From positions 1-52,331 of IMG/VR virus record IMGVR_UViG_3300009104_002038: a DNA stretch of 52,331 bases; one strand, 5' to 3'. The notes below the pieces were generated by a model. The model was given only the letters and a program-made list of their open reading frames with translations, did no database searches and was not told where the DNA came from. The stretch comes from a virus. Its lineage: Duplodnaviria > Caudoviricetes. The position numbers and the translations under genes are program-made. This document shows, in pieces, positions 7,425 to 16,614 of this stretch (position 1 is its first letter; the number at the start of each line of letters is the position of its first letter).

Positions 7425-7721
7425 TTAATCTGTCAAGTTTTTTTTCAACATTTTTTTTCTTTTTTCACACTTATATTGTATTTGCGTGACCCATATTAGG
7501 GATTGATTGTTTTCTTTGTGGAATTGGTTCATGTAATCCATTTCATAATCAAACATGGAGGAGGCTTGAAGAGGGGGGCTGTTGTAGTCAATTTCACCAT
7601 CGACAACGTTGAGTTGGGCAACCGCCTGTCGATGACGCCTTTTTTCCCACCGTATGCGGCGCATACTATGAAGGAGGAAGTTTTTATTCCATCTCTTTGT
7701 ATGTGCGTTTATCTTTCTCAT
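7425..7721 (-). CDS. hypothetical protein
   Basis: ORF with ATGA overlap. Confidence 0.6.
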   Translation of the reverse strand: MRKINAHTKRWNKNFLLHSMRRIRWEKRRHRQAVAQLNVVDGEIDYNSPPLQASSMFDYEMDYMNQFHKENNQSLIWVTQIQYKCEKRKKMLKKNLTD

Positions 7722-7981
7722 TTATCGTCAAACATAAACATTTGGTTCGGGTCAAATTGTTCTATATCCTCTAATTCTGGCACGGAGTCAGGAGTTTTAT
7801 CAACCTTTTTTGCACTTCTAAACCAATTTCTTTGAGCCATACGCACTACAAAGCGCATGAAAGCAAAAGCGTAGACTTTGTTTAAGGAAACTTTATTCCC
7901 GTCCTTGTCGATAAGAGTGAACGTTTTACTAGAGTCGTCCCATTCGAAGGCGGCGTGTTTTAATTCTTTAGTTATTTTCAC
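7718..7981 (-). CDS. hypothetical protein
   Basis: ORF in operon. Confidence 0.65.
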   Translation of the reverse strand: MKITKELKHAAFEWDDSSKTFTLIDKDGNKVSLNKVYAFAFMRFVVRMAQRNWFRSAKKVDKTPDSVPELEDIEQFDPNQMFMFDDK

Positions 7982-8529
7982 TACGATGACACCCTAGGGA
8001 AAACTGGTGGAGAGGTAGGAGAGTGCGGTTTTGGCCTAGGAAAAACCGGAGGAGAAGGGGTGACTTGAAAAGCCTTTGATTTAGGAAAACTAGGAGGAGA
8101 AGAGGGCTTATGCGGTTTTGGATTAGGGAAAACGGGAGGAAGGCCGGCGAATTTATTAGCTCCTTCGAACTTGTTAGTAATGAAATTAGTTCCCGCCTCC
8201 TCGTTAATTACGTCGATGGCAGTTTGTAGAGGGACATTAAAAAACTCCCTATGTGAAGAATGCCTTAAATGGGCAAGTCTTTCATGAACACGCTTTTCTA
8301 TCTCAGGCGCACCAGAAACAAGAACATCGTACTCCACAATGAATGGGTCCGGATTACTTGTCCCTCCAAGCTCCTTAGCCCTGTGGTGCTTCGGATCCCT
8401 GCGAGCAAAGCCAATCTTGCGCTGGTTCTTGCGATGGGACTCACACCTCATTATATAGAGGTAGGCGCGCTCTTTAGGGAGGCAGTGGGGCAAATTCAAG
8501 GGCAACTCCTCTTGTGTTGGATTAGACAT
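7981..8529 (-). CDS. T5orf172/GIY-YIG domain protein with Pro-rich repeat tail
   Basis: YLYIM..KIGFA..RAKEL..IEKRVH..REFF. Confidence 0.8.
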   Translation of the reverse strand: MSNPTQEELPLNLPHCLPKERAYLYIMRCESHRKNQRKIGFARRDPKHHRAKELGGTSNPDPFIVEYDVLVSGAPEIEKRVHERLAHLRHSSHREFFNVPLQTAIDVINEEAGTNFITNKFEGANKFAGLPPVFPNPKPHKPSSPPSFPKSKAFQVTPSPPVFPRPKPHSPTSPPVFPRVSS

Positions 8530-9090
8530 TTACGCTCCTTCTTTAAGTATTTCTTTTCTCTGGCGTGAGCGAGTAATAAACCTCTTAATGATCGGCGCTA
8601 ATTCGTTTTGGCAACAGACTATACATTCGTGGTCATTAATATCCCACAACTGCTTAATAAGGTCGTTTATATCGGAGCCCCCATTGGTGTCGGCATCCAA
8701 GCGCATCTCGCTTGAAGTCTCGGAAGAGCACAAAATTAACATGAAAAAATCAAAAACGCGCCCAACGGCTATCCTTCTCTTCTTGGTTTTGTGGGGGAAG
8801 GTGCCGCCGATGCTATGAAGCGGTTTCCTGAGTGTGCGCACCTGTCTCGGCGTGTAAAGCTTGTAGCCATTACCATTGTGGATTAACTCCGACTCCTCGC
8901 CGTCTGAGGCGCGTTCAAGACTGCAAGTGCTGAACTCTTTTTCAATGTCGGGGCGATATTCGACGGCGACCTGAGAATCGATCCCCATGACCTCGCTCCA
9001 AGGCAAATCATTATAGTCGGAGGTAGACATGGAGCTTAGTGCCTTGCCGGGGTTAAGTAGTTCAGTACTATTTGTCATGTTCTTTTGCAT
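8530..9090 (-). CDS. hypothetical protein
   Basis: 186-aa ORF after promoter. Confidence 0.7.
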   Translation of the reverse strand: MQKNMTNSTELLNPGKALSSMSTSDYNDLPWSEVMGIDSQVAVEYRPDIEKEFSTCSLERASDGEESELIHNGNGYKLYTPRQVRTLRKPLHSIGGTFPHKTKKRRIAVGRVFDFFMLILCSSETSSEMRLDADTNGGSDINDLIKQLWDINDHECIVCCQNELAPIIKRFITRSRQRKEILKEGA

Positions 9091-9117
9091 ATCTATTTTG
9101 GATTAGTAAAAGCGTCC

Positions 9118-9146
9118 ATTGTAGCACGCGGAGAATTGATTGTCAA
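9118..9146 (-). promoter_or_regulatory. sigma70 promoter
   Basis: TTGACA-N17-TACAAT. Confidence 0.75.
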
Positions 9147-9337
9147 GAATCTTTTGATTCTTTTTTTGAGCAGTCGAGGGATTCCTTGGCTAGCTTCAGC
9201 GCCTCTTCAAATGCCTCGGGATGATTCTCTTTGCACCATCGAAGAACCCATTCCTTGATGTATGCATTAATTAAATCTGATCGAGTAAATTCTATTTTAT
9301 AAGGGTTTAGTCCCTCATTGGGATTGTCCGAGCTCAT
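9143..9337 (-). CDS. hypothetical protein
   Basis: 64-aa ORF. Confidence 0.6.
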   Translation of the reverse strand: MSSDNPNEGLNPYKIEFTRSDLINAYIKEWVLRWCKENHPEAFEEALKLAKESLDCSKKESKDS

Positions 9338-9430
9338 AAGTTAAAAATAAAAGAAGAGATTATCATTAAAAAATAAACAACAAAATAAAAGGTCAATAGG
9401 ACTTTATGGGGCTCCGTTTCTTTAAAATAC

Positions 9431-9670
9431 TTATTTAGCATTGGATTTTTTTGCCCGTTCCTGCCTAATTCTTTCGCGCATATACTCCTGAAAAAAGAAA
9501 TGATAAGCGTCTGAGTCTTCGTTCTCTACGGCCCTCTTTATTTCGTGACGATAAACTTCAGCCCAATTCCTCTTGGATGGATCGAATTCAGTGTCTTTGG
9601 GGGTAGGGCCTGGAGGAACAATACAACTTGTGAGAAGAATGAGAGCAAGAAACCGTAATAAGCGTGACAC
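9431..9670 (-). CDS. putative lipoprotein
   Basis: Signal peptide with lipobox LTSC. Confidence 0.65.
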   Translation of the reverse strand: MSRLLRFLALILLTSCIVPPGPTPKDTEFDPSKRNWAEVYRHEIKRAVENEDSDAYHFFFQEYMRERIRQERAKKSNAK

Positions 9671-9695
9671 ATAAAGTGTTACACATTATTATTTT

Positions 9696-9899
9696 CTACA
9701 ACGTAGGCTCAAACCACGCAACGCAACGATTACGCTCGTAATCCTTTTGGATTTGAGTGCAATTAAACCCAGCGCTTTCAAGGCGCTCGACTAGGGGCTC
9801 TAGGTGCGACAAGGACAAAATGCATCGAATTTCATCGTCCTCGGAGGAAACTTCAACACAAAGCTCTTCGCAGATGGCGAGAGGGTTTATTACTTGCAT
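9696..9899 (-). CDS. hypothetical protein
   Basis: In-frame ATG at 9899 minimises overlap with the upstream gene. Confidence 0.55.
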   Translation of the reverse strand: MQVINPLAICEELCVEVSSEDDEIRCILSLSHLEPLVERLESAGFNCTQIQKDYERNRCVAWFEPTL

Positions 9900-10030
9900 T
9901 TGCAGTTTTCGCAATTCTTGTCGCAAGATTCGCACCGACAAATCTTATCTCCGTTGCATTTATGCGTTAAAGCAGTATGGGTGCAACCAAAAATCGAAAG
10001 AGTAAATAAAAGAATTATGAATTTTTGCAT
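9890..10030 (-). CDS. small Cys-rich lipoprotein (metallothionein-like tail)
   Basis: MQKFIILLFTLSIFGC lipobox, then KCNGDKICRCESCDKNCENCKCK; GTGTA motif 9 nt upstream. Confidence 0.6.
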   Translation of the reverse strand: MQKFIILLFTLSIFGCTHTALTHKCNGDKICRCESCDKNCENCKCK

Positions 10031-10044
10031 ATCTATATATACAC

Positions 10045-11214
10045 CTATTTTATAAGTCCCCAATAAAATGAAGGATCCTGAGTTCCCTCCGACTTTCCTT
10101 CTCGTTGAAGCTTTTGGTATGTAACCTTCGAGTCGCAAAGCCTTCTCGGTATTATTCTCTTGCAGGATTCCCCTTCCGAGTATTTAAGTATTACCGTAAG
10201 CATTCTGCCGTAGTGATGAGGGAAGGCGCTTCCAGCATGGGACACCCTCTCCAACATAAGATCCTTGAGATCGGCGCGAAGCTTTTTGATAGCAGAAAGC
10301 TTGACGGTTGAGAATTCGTCGTCGTAGCCCTCAGCCTTAATCTCTATGCGATTAGCCGTGCAGAGGAAAAGGATTTCTCGGGCAAGCTCTAAATCTCGAT
10401 GACACGCCAAGTCATATATGCAAGCCAAATACCCCTTGGGGAGAGGCCACTCCGAAGAATGTCGGGGATCGGCTAGTGAGCAAAACTCTCGAGCGACCGA
10501 TGCGTAGGTAAGGTCTTCGTCGCCATCCGCATAAGAAGTCTCCGGGAAGGAGCAATTAAACATTTTGCAAACGTCTTTGTAAGTAGCCTTATTTGGCTTG
10601 CATCCATTGCCATTGACTGTTTTTGTCATATGGGTCTGAAGAAGCTTGAGCGCTTGGCGCCCAATTTTATCTTTAGGCCCAATAAGTCCATTTATTTGGG
10701 CAATGTCAGTAAGTGTACGCGCCTTACCTACGTCGGTAATATCTTGGGATTCGGGAGGAAGGGAATGAACGACCAACACTTTTAACACCTGATCCTTCCA
10801 GCGACCATTGGGGTAGTTCTTCTTGGCCCAACGAAGAAATGCGGTAAGTCGATGTTGGCCGTTCTGAATAGTACCACTTCCTTTTGTGAAGGAAATAGCA
10901 TCCGGCGACAATACGTATTGATCTTTCTCGAAAACAGTCACAAGGTGGTCTACTCTCGAAGTGCGGATGTCTCGGTTCTTGGAATTGAATTCCTTTAGAA
11001 TATGCTCAATTTCAAGCCCACAGAGCTCTTCTACGCCGCTTTGCGGCTCTTTAAAGCTAGTCTTGAATCGATGAGTGGGAATTGGGTTTCCTTCTTCATC
11101 CTTTTTATTCAAGTATAATTGAAGTTTTTTACCTGTACTTTGAGGAGCCTTGGCAAACCTTTGCATGTAGGTATTTGACTTTGAACGTTTATGGGCTTTC
11201 TTTTTAGTCTTCAT
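10045..11214 (-). CDS. ParB/Srx-like (DGQHR-type) domain protein
   Basis: NRDIR...IQNGQHRL motif; start moved to 11214 because promoter TTGACT-N17-TATACT lies at 11247-11275. Confidence 0.65.
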   Translation of the reverse strand: MKTKKKAHKRSKSNTYMQRFAKAPQSTGKKLQLYLNKKDEEGNPIPTHRFKTSFKEPQSGVEELCGLEIEHILKEFNSKNRDIRTSRVDHLVTVFEKDQYVLSPDAISFTKGSGTIQNGQHRLTAFLRWAKKNYPNGRWKDQVLKVLVVHSLPPESQDITDVGKARTLTDIAQINGLIGPKDKIGRQALKLLQTHMTKTVNGNGCKPNKATYKDVCKMFNCSFPETSYADGDEDLTYASVAREFCSLADPRHSSEWPLPKGYLACIYDLACHRDLELAREILFLCTANRIEIKAEGYDDEFSTVKLSAIKKLRADLKDLMLERVSHAGSAFPHHYGRMLTVILKYSEGESCKRIIPRRLCDSKVTYQKLQREGKSEGTQDPSFYWGLIK

Positions 11215-11313
11215 AGTATTTGTTTTGTGTCTTGAATATGGAGCATAGTATACGGGAATTAAATCCATAAGTCAAGCTTTTTACTAAAAAAACTTTAAAA
11301 AAGAAAAAAAGAC

Positions 11314-12177
11314 TTAAAGAGAAGGGTATTTATACTTGGAAAGAGAGCATTTTAAAGCTGCTTTTACCGTTCTAATCTTTATATACTGTTCTATATTGGA
11401 CGTATTAAGAACACAATTAGATCGTGGGGCAATTACCCCTGAAAAAAAGGATTCAAGGGAATCAAAAAAAGAAAATTCACGATAAGTCGGACTGTACTCG
11501 TTTATTAACTCCACCACCTCCCTTGTGGTAATGCTGCCCTTATTGGTAATATTATAAATTCCTTCCGGCGCTCTTTGCTCTATTAGGTCGATTGAGTATT
11601 TGGCGAAATCACCTCGATGGCTCAAGGAGTTTTTGGCATCAAGCAATGTATCGTAGCTTAATAGCTTAGTTAAGTAATTCCGAGGAGATGTATATTCATC
11701 GAATGGGATCCGCAACCTAAAAATATAGTAGTTTTCAGTGTTTTGGGCGACAACTTTTTCGGCAAGAGCTTTTGACCCACTATAGAAGCTGCCATTTTCG
11801 AAGTCAAAATTTGGAGGATCGTATTCATGAAAATCTCTTTCATACCCATTATAGATGCAGCCTGAAGAGATATGGACATATTTCCAGTCATAATAAGCGC
11901 TGCACAGTTGCGACAACATCATGGGCAACAAAATATTCCCTTCAATGCAATCTGCTTTCGCAGACTCACAAGCATCAACGTTCGGCTTCCCGATGTAGCC
12001 CGCACAATTAATAATGTATAAGGGAGCCCTTAGATTATCGAGGCTACGCTCAAGATGCAAGCGATTAGTGTAATCTACGTCGCTTCGGCTCCAGGCAAGA
12101 TAAGGTAATGAGCGCGACTTTAATTCTCTAATCAGGGCTTCGGCAATATAGCCGCTTTTACCCAATATTACATACAT
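11314..12177 (-). CDS. NAD-dependent epimerase/reductase (RmlD/UER-like, nucleotide-rhamnose synthesis)
   Basis: ILGKSGYI, NCAGYIGKPNVDACE, SSGCIY, YSGSK (YxxxK). Confidence 0.85.
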   Translation of the reverse strand: MYVILGKSGYIAEALIRELKSRSLPYLAWSRSDVDYTNRLHLERSLDNLRAPLYIINCAGYIGKPNVDACESAKADCIEGNILLPMMLSQLCSAYYDWKYVHISSGCIYNGYERDFHEYDPPNFDFENGSFYSGSKALAEKVVAQNTENYYIFRLRIPFDEYTSPRNYLTKLLSYDTLLDAKNSLSHRGDFAKYSIDLIEQRAPEGIYNITNKGSITTREVVELINEYSPTYREFSFFDSLESFFSGVIAPRSNCVLNTSNIEQYIKIRTVKAALKCSLSKYKYPSL

Positions 12178-12186
12178 AATTTAATT

Positions 12187-12423
12187 TTAGTAAACTGGAG
12201 AATCCGGGCTGGTATTTTTATAAAAGTCGTTGATTAATTGAACCTCCAAGAGGCTTATATATCCCCGCTGGGCCGTTATCGCCTTCTGCTGAGAACGTAT
12301 AATATCGTCTTGCTTTGAGGCTAATCTATATAATTCTTCGGCGTATTGATACTGATTATAGAAACAATAAGTAACAATAACTATTAAAAAAGATAAAAAA
12401 TAAATCAAACTACGATCTGCCAC
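12187..12423 (-). CDS. hypothetical membrane protein
   Basis: N-terminal TM helix plus coiled coil. Confidence 0.6.
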   Translation of the reverse strand: MADRSLIYFLSFLIVIVTYCFYNQYQYAEELYRLASKQDDIIRSQQKAITAQRGYISLLEVQLINDFYKNTSPDSPVY

Positions 12424-12437
12424 ATAAAAGATTACAC

Positions 12438-12617
12438 TTACTCTCGATTGTAGCGAGGATCATAAGTTCCAATCCCGCAAAACATTCCAACTATTAATGA
12501 AAATAAGGAACCTGCAACAAAAAGCTGTAAAGCAAAAAATACAGAAAGGCACACATTAAAGACGCACATTGTAAGAATTAAGCGCCCCATAGCATTTAAA
12601 GATGACCACGGCCTCAC
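12438..12617 (-). CDS. small membrane protein
   Basis: In-frame GTG at 12617 lies 9 nt after GTGTA; two hydrophobic segments; the longer ORF would overlap the sigma gene. Confidence 0.5.
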   Translation of the reverse strand: MRPWSSLNAMGRLILTMCVFNVCLSVFFALQLFVAGSLFSLIVGMFCGIGTYDPRYNRE

Positions 12618-12639
12618 ACAGAAAGGTACACCTGAGAGC

Positions 12640-13296
12640 TTATTTATGTACAATATGGTCAGTGTTTCCGTCTCGCGACGAATTAAAGAAATCAGTAACC
12701 ATCTCAAGGTGTTGGGGGAGCTTAAAGGTATTCTCGTCAATAACTTCATCTGTGCTCGACTTGAAACGTTTTTTAATTTTATTCCTGATATCTTCTGCGA
12801 TTTGGCTAATCCTCTGGTGAGTGAGACCAAATATGTTGCCGATTTCCTCGATCTTTATTCCTCGCCACATAAGACTGAATACATTTTGTTCATGTGGCGT
12901 CAACACTGATCGGTACTTATAATAGAGGTGACTAACGGACTCTTTTGAAAATTCTTCGTCAAGATGTTCATCATTTTCTCCAACTTGCGCAGAAACAACC
13001 TCAAATTTTTCACTATCAAAGTCTATTTTTCTGTCTTTTCTTTGCTTTTTAGAGAGATACCAAACCACTTGGTTATGTGTGAAACTAGCAACCCACTTTT
13101 TAAAATGAGACGTCTTTACTTCTCCGTCGGAAAGGCGAAAGCGATCTCGGTGCTTCCATACATTTGTGCATACCTCTTGAAAAATTTCATCACGGTCAGC
13201 TTCGGGCGCAGAGCACTTATTGGCAATAATCACACGAATATAGCCTTCGTGTTGAGTTAGCTGGTTAAGTAATTTTTCCTCCAAGTCGGGACTCAT
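12640..13296 (-). CDS. sigma-70 family sigma factor
   Basis: DRDEIFQEV..FKKWV region 2; LTPHEQNVF..EEIGNIFGLTHQRISQI region 4. Confidence 0.8.
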   Translation of the reverse strand: MSPDLEEKLLNQLTQHEGYIRVIIANKCSAPEADRDEIFQEVCTNVWKHRDRFRLSDGEVKTSHFKKWVASFTHNQVVWYLSKKQRKDRKIDFDSEKFEVVSAQVGENDEHLDEEFSKESVSHLYYKYRSVLTPHEQNVFSLMWRGIKIEEIGNIFGLTHQRISQIAEDIRNKIKKRFKSSTDEVIDENTFKLPQHLEMVTDFFNSSRDGNTDHIVHK

Positions 13297-14378
13297 TTTT
13301 TCGTAGGCCTAAGGTGTGGGGGCGTAGGGTTTTGTGGTGGTGGGTATTCTTTAGCCCAATCGACATCCGTAATGTCACGCATCGCGCGCCAGAGGCAGTT
13401 GCGAGAGATTTTTAACTCTTTGGCTGCTCTAGATCGAATATTGTTGTTATTGGATAAGGCCTCAATGATTTTAGGCTTTAAGGATTTAAGCTTTTTGCTT
13501 CTTTGGCCGGCGCAGGTCTGAGATCTTTTTTCAATGGTTTCTTTTGAGAGTTTGGTGCCCAAATTCCAATGCACGCGATTTGCTAGAGTTTTTTTCATGG
13601 TAGCCCTTGCTTTGTCTATGGCCTCACGAGAGCGATGTTTTGGCCTGCCGCCAATGGGGTGCTCTTTATTCCAGTCAAAATCAGGATGCTTCTTCCACAT
13701 GAGTATCCATAAGTCTTTTTTATTCATGCCAAGGTAGCGAGCTGCGGCGGCTCTATTCCCTTTGGTTTTAATTAAGGCATTAGAAATTTCAATTCGCTGA
13801 GCTAGGCGCTCTTCTTCTGGAATTCTCTCCCAATCCACCCCAGGTCTACCCCCGGGCTTCACACGATAAAGGTGGCGCTCTTCTGGAGGTGGACGATCCG
13901 CATCGGTAACTGGATTTAGTCTTGACCAGTTCTCGTCTCCTTTTTTAAAGCCAGTCTTTTTGAGGCGTGCAAGTTCTGCGGCATCAATACGGCGATCAAA
14001 GTAACTGGTTTGGCCTGGCCTTCTGGGCTTTTCAATTAAATGAAGATGGTCGGCTACATTGGGAAAAGATATATTCCGAAAAGCCTCCCATGCCTCAATA
14101 CTTAAAGATTGATTCGTGTTTCCGGGGGGGATGCGGAATTTGCTATGTATTTTATAGGTCTTGAGAGATTTTACCCTATTTTTGGGATCTTCTCTTTTTA
14201 TCTTGTCGATAAGGAGTTCTTTGGCCTTGTCGCTAGAAGTGGCTCGGACGACTGTCTTAAAATCCTTTTCAGAACCATTAGCATAAATCCATGTGAAATA
14301 GGCAAACCAATAGACATCGAAGTCGTATTTCTCTTTATTGAATTTTTTTTGGGGGTGAACCCAGTCTTTATGTGGCAT
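13293..14378 (-). CDS. DNA-binding protein with two Fis-type HTH motifs
   Basis: ALIKTKGNRAAAARYLG and ALSNNNNIRSRAAKELKISR; NUMOD3-like GTKLSKETIEKRS; paralog of 15540-16238. Confidence 0.7.
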   Translation of the reverse strand: MPHKDWVHPQKKFNKEKYDFDVYWFAYFTWIYANGSEKDFKTVVRATSSDKAKELLIDKIKREDPKNRVKSLKTYKIHSKFRIPPGNTNQSLSIEAWEAFRNISFPNVADHLHLIEKPRRPGQTSYFDRRIDAAELARLKKTGFKKGDENWSRLNPVTDADRPPPEERHLYRVKPGGRPGVDWERIPEEERLAQRIEISNALIKTKGNRAAAARYLGMNKKDLWILMWKKHPDFDWNKEHPIGGRPKHRSREAIDKARATMKKTLANRVHWNLGTKLSKETIEKRSQTCAGQRSKKLKSLKPKIIEALSNNNNIRSRAAKELKISRNCLWRAMRDITDVDWAKEYPPPQNPTPPHLRPTKK

Positions 14379-15543
14379 AATTAGAAGTATTTGGTAATAA
14401 GTTGAGAGACTTAAACCACCTTAACTTCCCAGAAACAACAGATGTCGGGATGCGAAGCTCGGCAGCAGTCTCTTTGCACGAAAAGCCCTCTTTTAAAAAC
14501 TGTAGGATATTCTTATCTCGAGAGGTAAGTTTTTTTGGCTTAACCCCGGTATGGGGAATTTTATCGATCATTCCATTTGATAAGAGGAATTGGCATTTAC
14601 GCTTTACAAGGTAGGCGTGGCTTATGTCGAGTAATTTGGTTATTTGGTGGATGGTGTGGCCAGCGTTAACAAGCTCAATGAGCTTATCTATGTCTTCTCG
14701 GGGCCAACCAAAAATAATCGACCTCTTAAGGTAACTAAAAACTCCCATATTCTGAGATAATCTATTGATTTGGCCCGCAGTGTATTCCCCCTCCTTAAAA
14801 TGCTTGGAAATTTCTTCAGCAGTATACTTTCCTTTATTCCTCAAGATGTAATCGAGGAGCGCAGACCTATCGGCCTCGGTTATAGGATTATGCGGAGGGG
14901 TCTTTTCAAAAAATGAACGGGCACACGATAATCCGTTCGATGGAAGGGGGGAGTCTTTATAGTCAAATTTAATATTTGATCGAAGCTTTTTTGCTAATTT
15001 AATCAATGAGATTGAGACTCCTTGGTGGGTCACTCCCAGATAGTCGGCAATTTCGTACTGATTTTTTCCCACCTCTAAAAGAGATATTATATGCAGCTCC
15101 ATGGGAGTTAGGAGTTGCGAGTACTCTCGCACATACTTTAGGAAGTATTTGGCTTGATCGGATTTAAATATCTTCTTGAGCTCTTGGTCTTCGGCGCCCT
15201 CGAATTCAATTATGTAGTCAAAACTGCTTTTAAGCCCTTCGTCGGTGGAATATGTTTCGTTAAGCCTATATTTTTGCTCTTTTTTAATCTTGTAAGTCGC
15301 GGCAGACCATTTTGTGATATTTACTGCATAACGATAGGCAATTTTAGAAAAATCGTCGTAAGAAAGATCTCCGTCCGTATTTTGGGTAATATCGTGACGC
15401 TTTTTATAAAGAGACAAATTGACATCCGCCACAATCTCATCTAGGGTTAAAGGGTGAGAAGATTTACGGCACGCTGCCACAATAGACCTAAGATCTTGTT
15501 GGTGATCTCTGAGGTAGCCGGCAAAAAGAGCATCTACGTTCAT
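14368..15543 (-). CDS. sigma-70-like factor with extra C-terminal HTH domains
   Basis: DEIVADVNLSL region 2-like; LTPMELHII..EIADYLGVTHQGVS region 4; LuxR-like LTSRDKNILQFLKEGFSCKETA. Confidence 0.7.
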   Translation of the reverse strand: MNVDALFAGYLRDHQQDLRSIVAACRKSSHPLTLDEIVADVNLSLYKKRHDITQNTDGDLSYDDFSKIAYRYAVNITKWSAATYKIKKEQKYRLNETYSTDEGLKSSFDYIIEFEGAEDQELKKIFKSDQAKYFLKYVREYSQLLTPMELHIISLLEVGKNQYEIADYLGVTHQGVSISLIKLAKKLRSNIKFDYKDSPLPSNGLSCARSFFEKTPPHNPITEADRSALLDYILRNKGKYTAEEISKHFKEGEYTAGQINRLSQNMGVFSYLKRSIIFGWPREDIDKLIELVNAGHTIHQITKLLDISHAYLVKRKCQFLLSNGMIDKIPHTGVKPKKLTSRDKNILQFLKEGFSCKETAAELRIPTSVVSGKLRWFKSLNLLPNTSNYAT

Positions 15544-16238
15544 CTTTTATTGGACTTTCTGGGGGGGTAATCCTTTTCCCAGTTCACCTCGGCAAATTTA
15601 GAAAAAAGATGATATATTTTGTTGCGATTATAACCCAAGTAGCGAGCCGCCTCGCTCCTGCTGTTGTCGTGCTTGACTAAAGCCCTTATGAGCCTATCTT
15701 TTTCAAGAGCCCTCTCTTCTGAATCCCAGTCAACCCAAGTCCCCCTGTATATCTTATGGGCCCTTTTGTCGAGGGGGAGAGAGGTGCCTTTTCTGAATTT
15801 ATGAGACCAATTCTCTTTCCCCGGCTGAAAGCCTTTTTTCTTTAGGTCAGCCAATTGGGACGGGGAAAGACTTCTGGCCCTATAATTTACCCAAGGTACT
15901 TTAAAGAGGGTGTTGTCCGCATTCGGGAACGCAGCGCCACGAATATCATCCCAATCCTCTACAGTTAATTTCCTATTCCCGTTACGCATCATATGGTAAT
16001 TTTTATGTATCCAATAAGAATGCCCGCTAAACTTGACTTTTGAAGAGGGCATATCTTCTTTTATTTTGGAGGTAATGATCCTTTTTGCCCAATAAAGGGA
16101 CTTTGCCTTTATGATGCAGCTATAAAACGACTTGGCGCCAGTATTATCTTCTATGCCAAAATTAATACTCCAGTATTGAGCAACTGGAAATCTGTAGCGC
16201 CGAGCGTCAGCTTGAGAGAACTTCTTTTTGGGAGGCAT
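15540..16238 (-). CDS. DNA-binding protein with Fis-type HTH
   Basis: LIRALVKHDNSRSEAARYLGYNR; shares FPN.D and LKK.GF..G.ENWS with 13293-14378. Confidence 0.7.
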   Translation of the reverse strand: MPPKKKFSQADARRYRFPVAQYWSINFGIEDNTGAKSFYSCIIKAKSLYWAKRIITSKIKEDMPSSKVKFSGHSYWIHKNYHMMRNGNRKLTVEDWDDIRGAAFPNADNTLFKVPWVNYRARSLSPSQLADLKKKGFQPGKENWSHKFRKGTSLPLDKRAHKIYRGTWVDWDSEERALEKDRLIRALVKHDNSRSEAARYLGYNRNKIYHLFSKFAEVNWEKDYPPRKSNKR

Positions 16239-16260
16239 ATAGTTTTAAAATTGAGCCTCT

Positions 16261-16289
16261 ATAATACCATAGGGGAGAAGGCAAGTCAA
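16261..16289 (-). promoter_or_regulatory. sigma70 promoter of the HTH/sigma operon
   Basis: TTGACT-N17-TATTAT. Confidence 0.7.
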
Positions 16290-16447
16290 GATTTTTTTGA
16301 CCAATTTATTCTATCGTAATTCGAGCGAAAGGAGTCTGAAATATTCCTGGGGCAATCCCCTTTTCCATTTTGATGTTTTTGCTTTTTGGTGTTTTTGGGG
16401 GCGCAAGGGCACTTTTTTTTACAGGGCTTGGGCTTGGGTTCTTTCAT
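16286..16447 (-). CDS. small basic phage protein (53 aa, not in ORF track)
   Basis: MKEPKPKPC..NGKGDCPRNISDSFRSNYDRINW; ATGA overlap. Confidence 0.6.
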   Translation of the reverse strand: MKEPKPKPCKKKCPCAPKNTKKQKHQNGKGDCPRNISDSFRSNYDRINWSKKS

Positions 16448-16614
16448 TTCCATTTGCAGTAATTTGGGTTTTCGGCTCTTTTTCGACGCATATAGTCTCT
16501 TTTTTGGAGCCGACGCTTTTCTCTATTAGATTCATCATACTTTTTTTGCGCGCGCGTAAGGGCTTTTTTTCCCTTCTCGGATTTGCTGTATTTCTGCTGA
16601 GAATTTTCTTTCAT
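16444..16614 (-). CDS. small Lys/Arg-rich protein (56 aa, not in ORF track)
   Basis: MKENSQQKYSKSEKGKKA...; abuts the upstream stop. Confidence 0.6.
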   Translation of the reverse strand: MKENSQQKYSKSEKGKKALTRAQKKYDESNREKRRLQKRDYMRRKRAENPNYCKWK

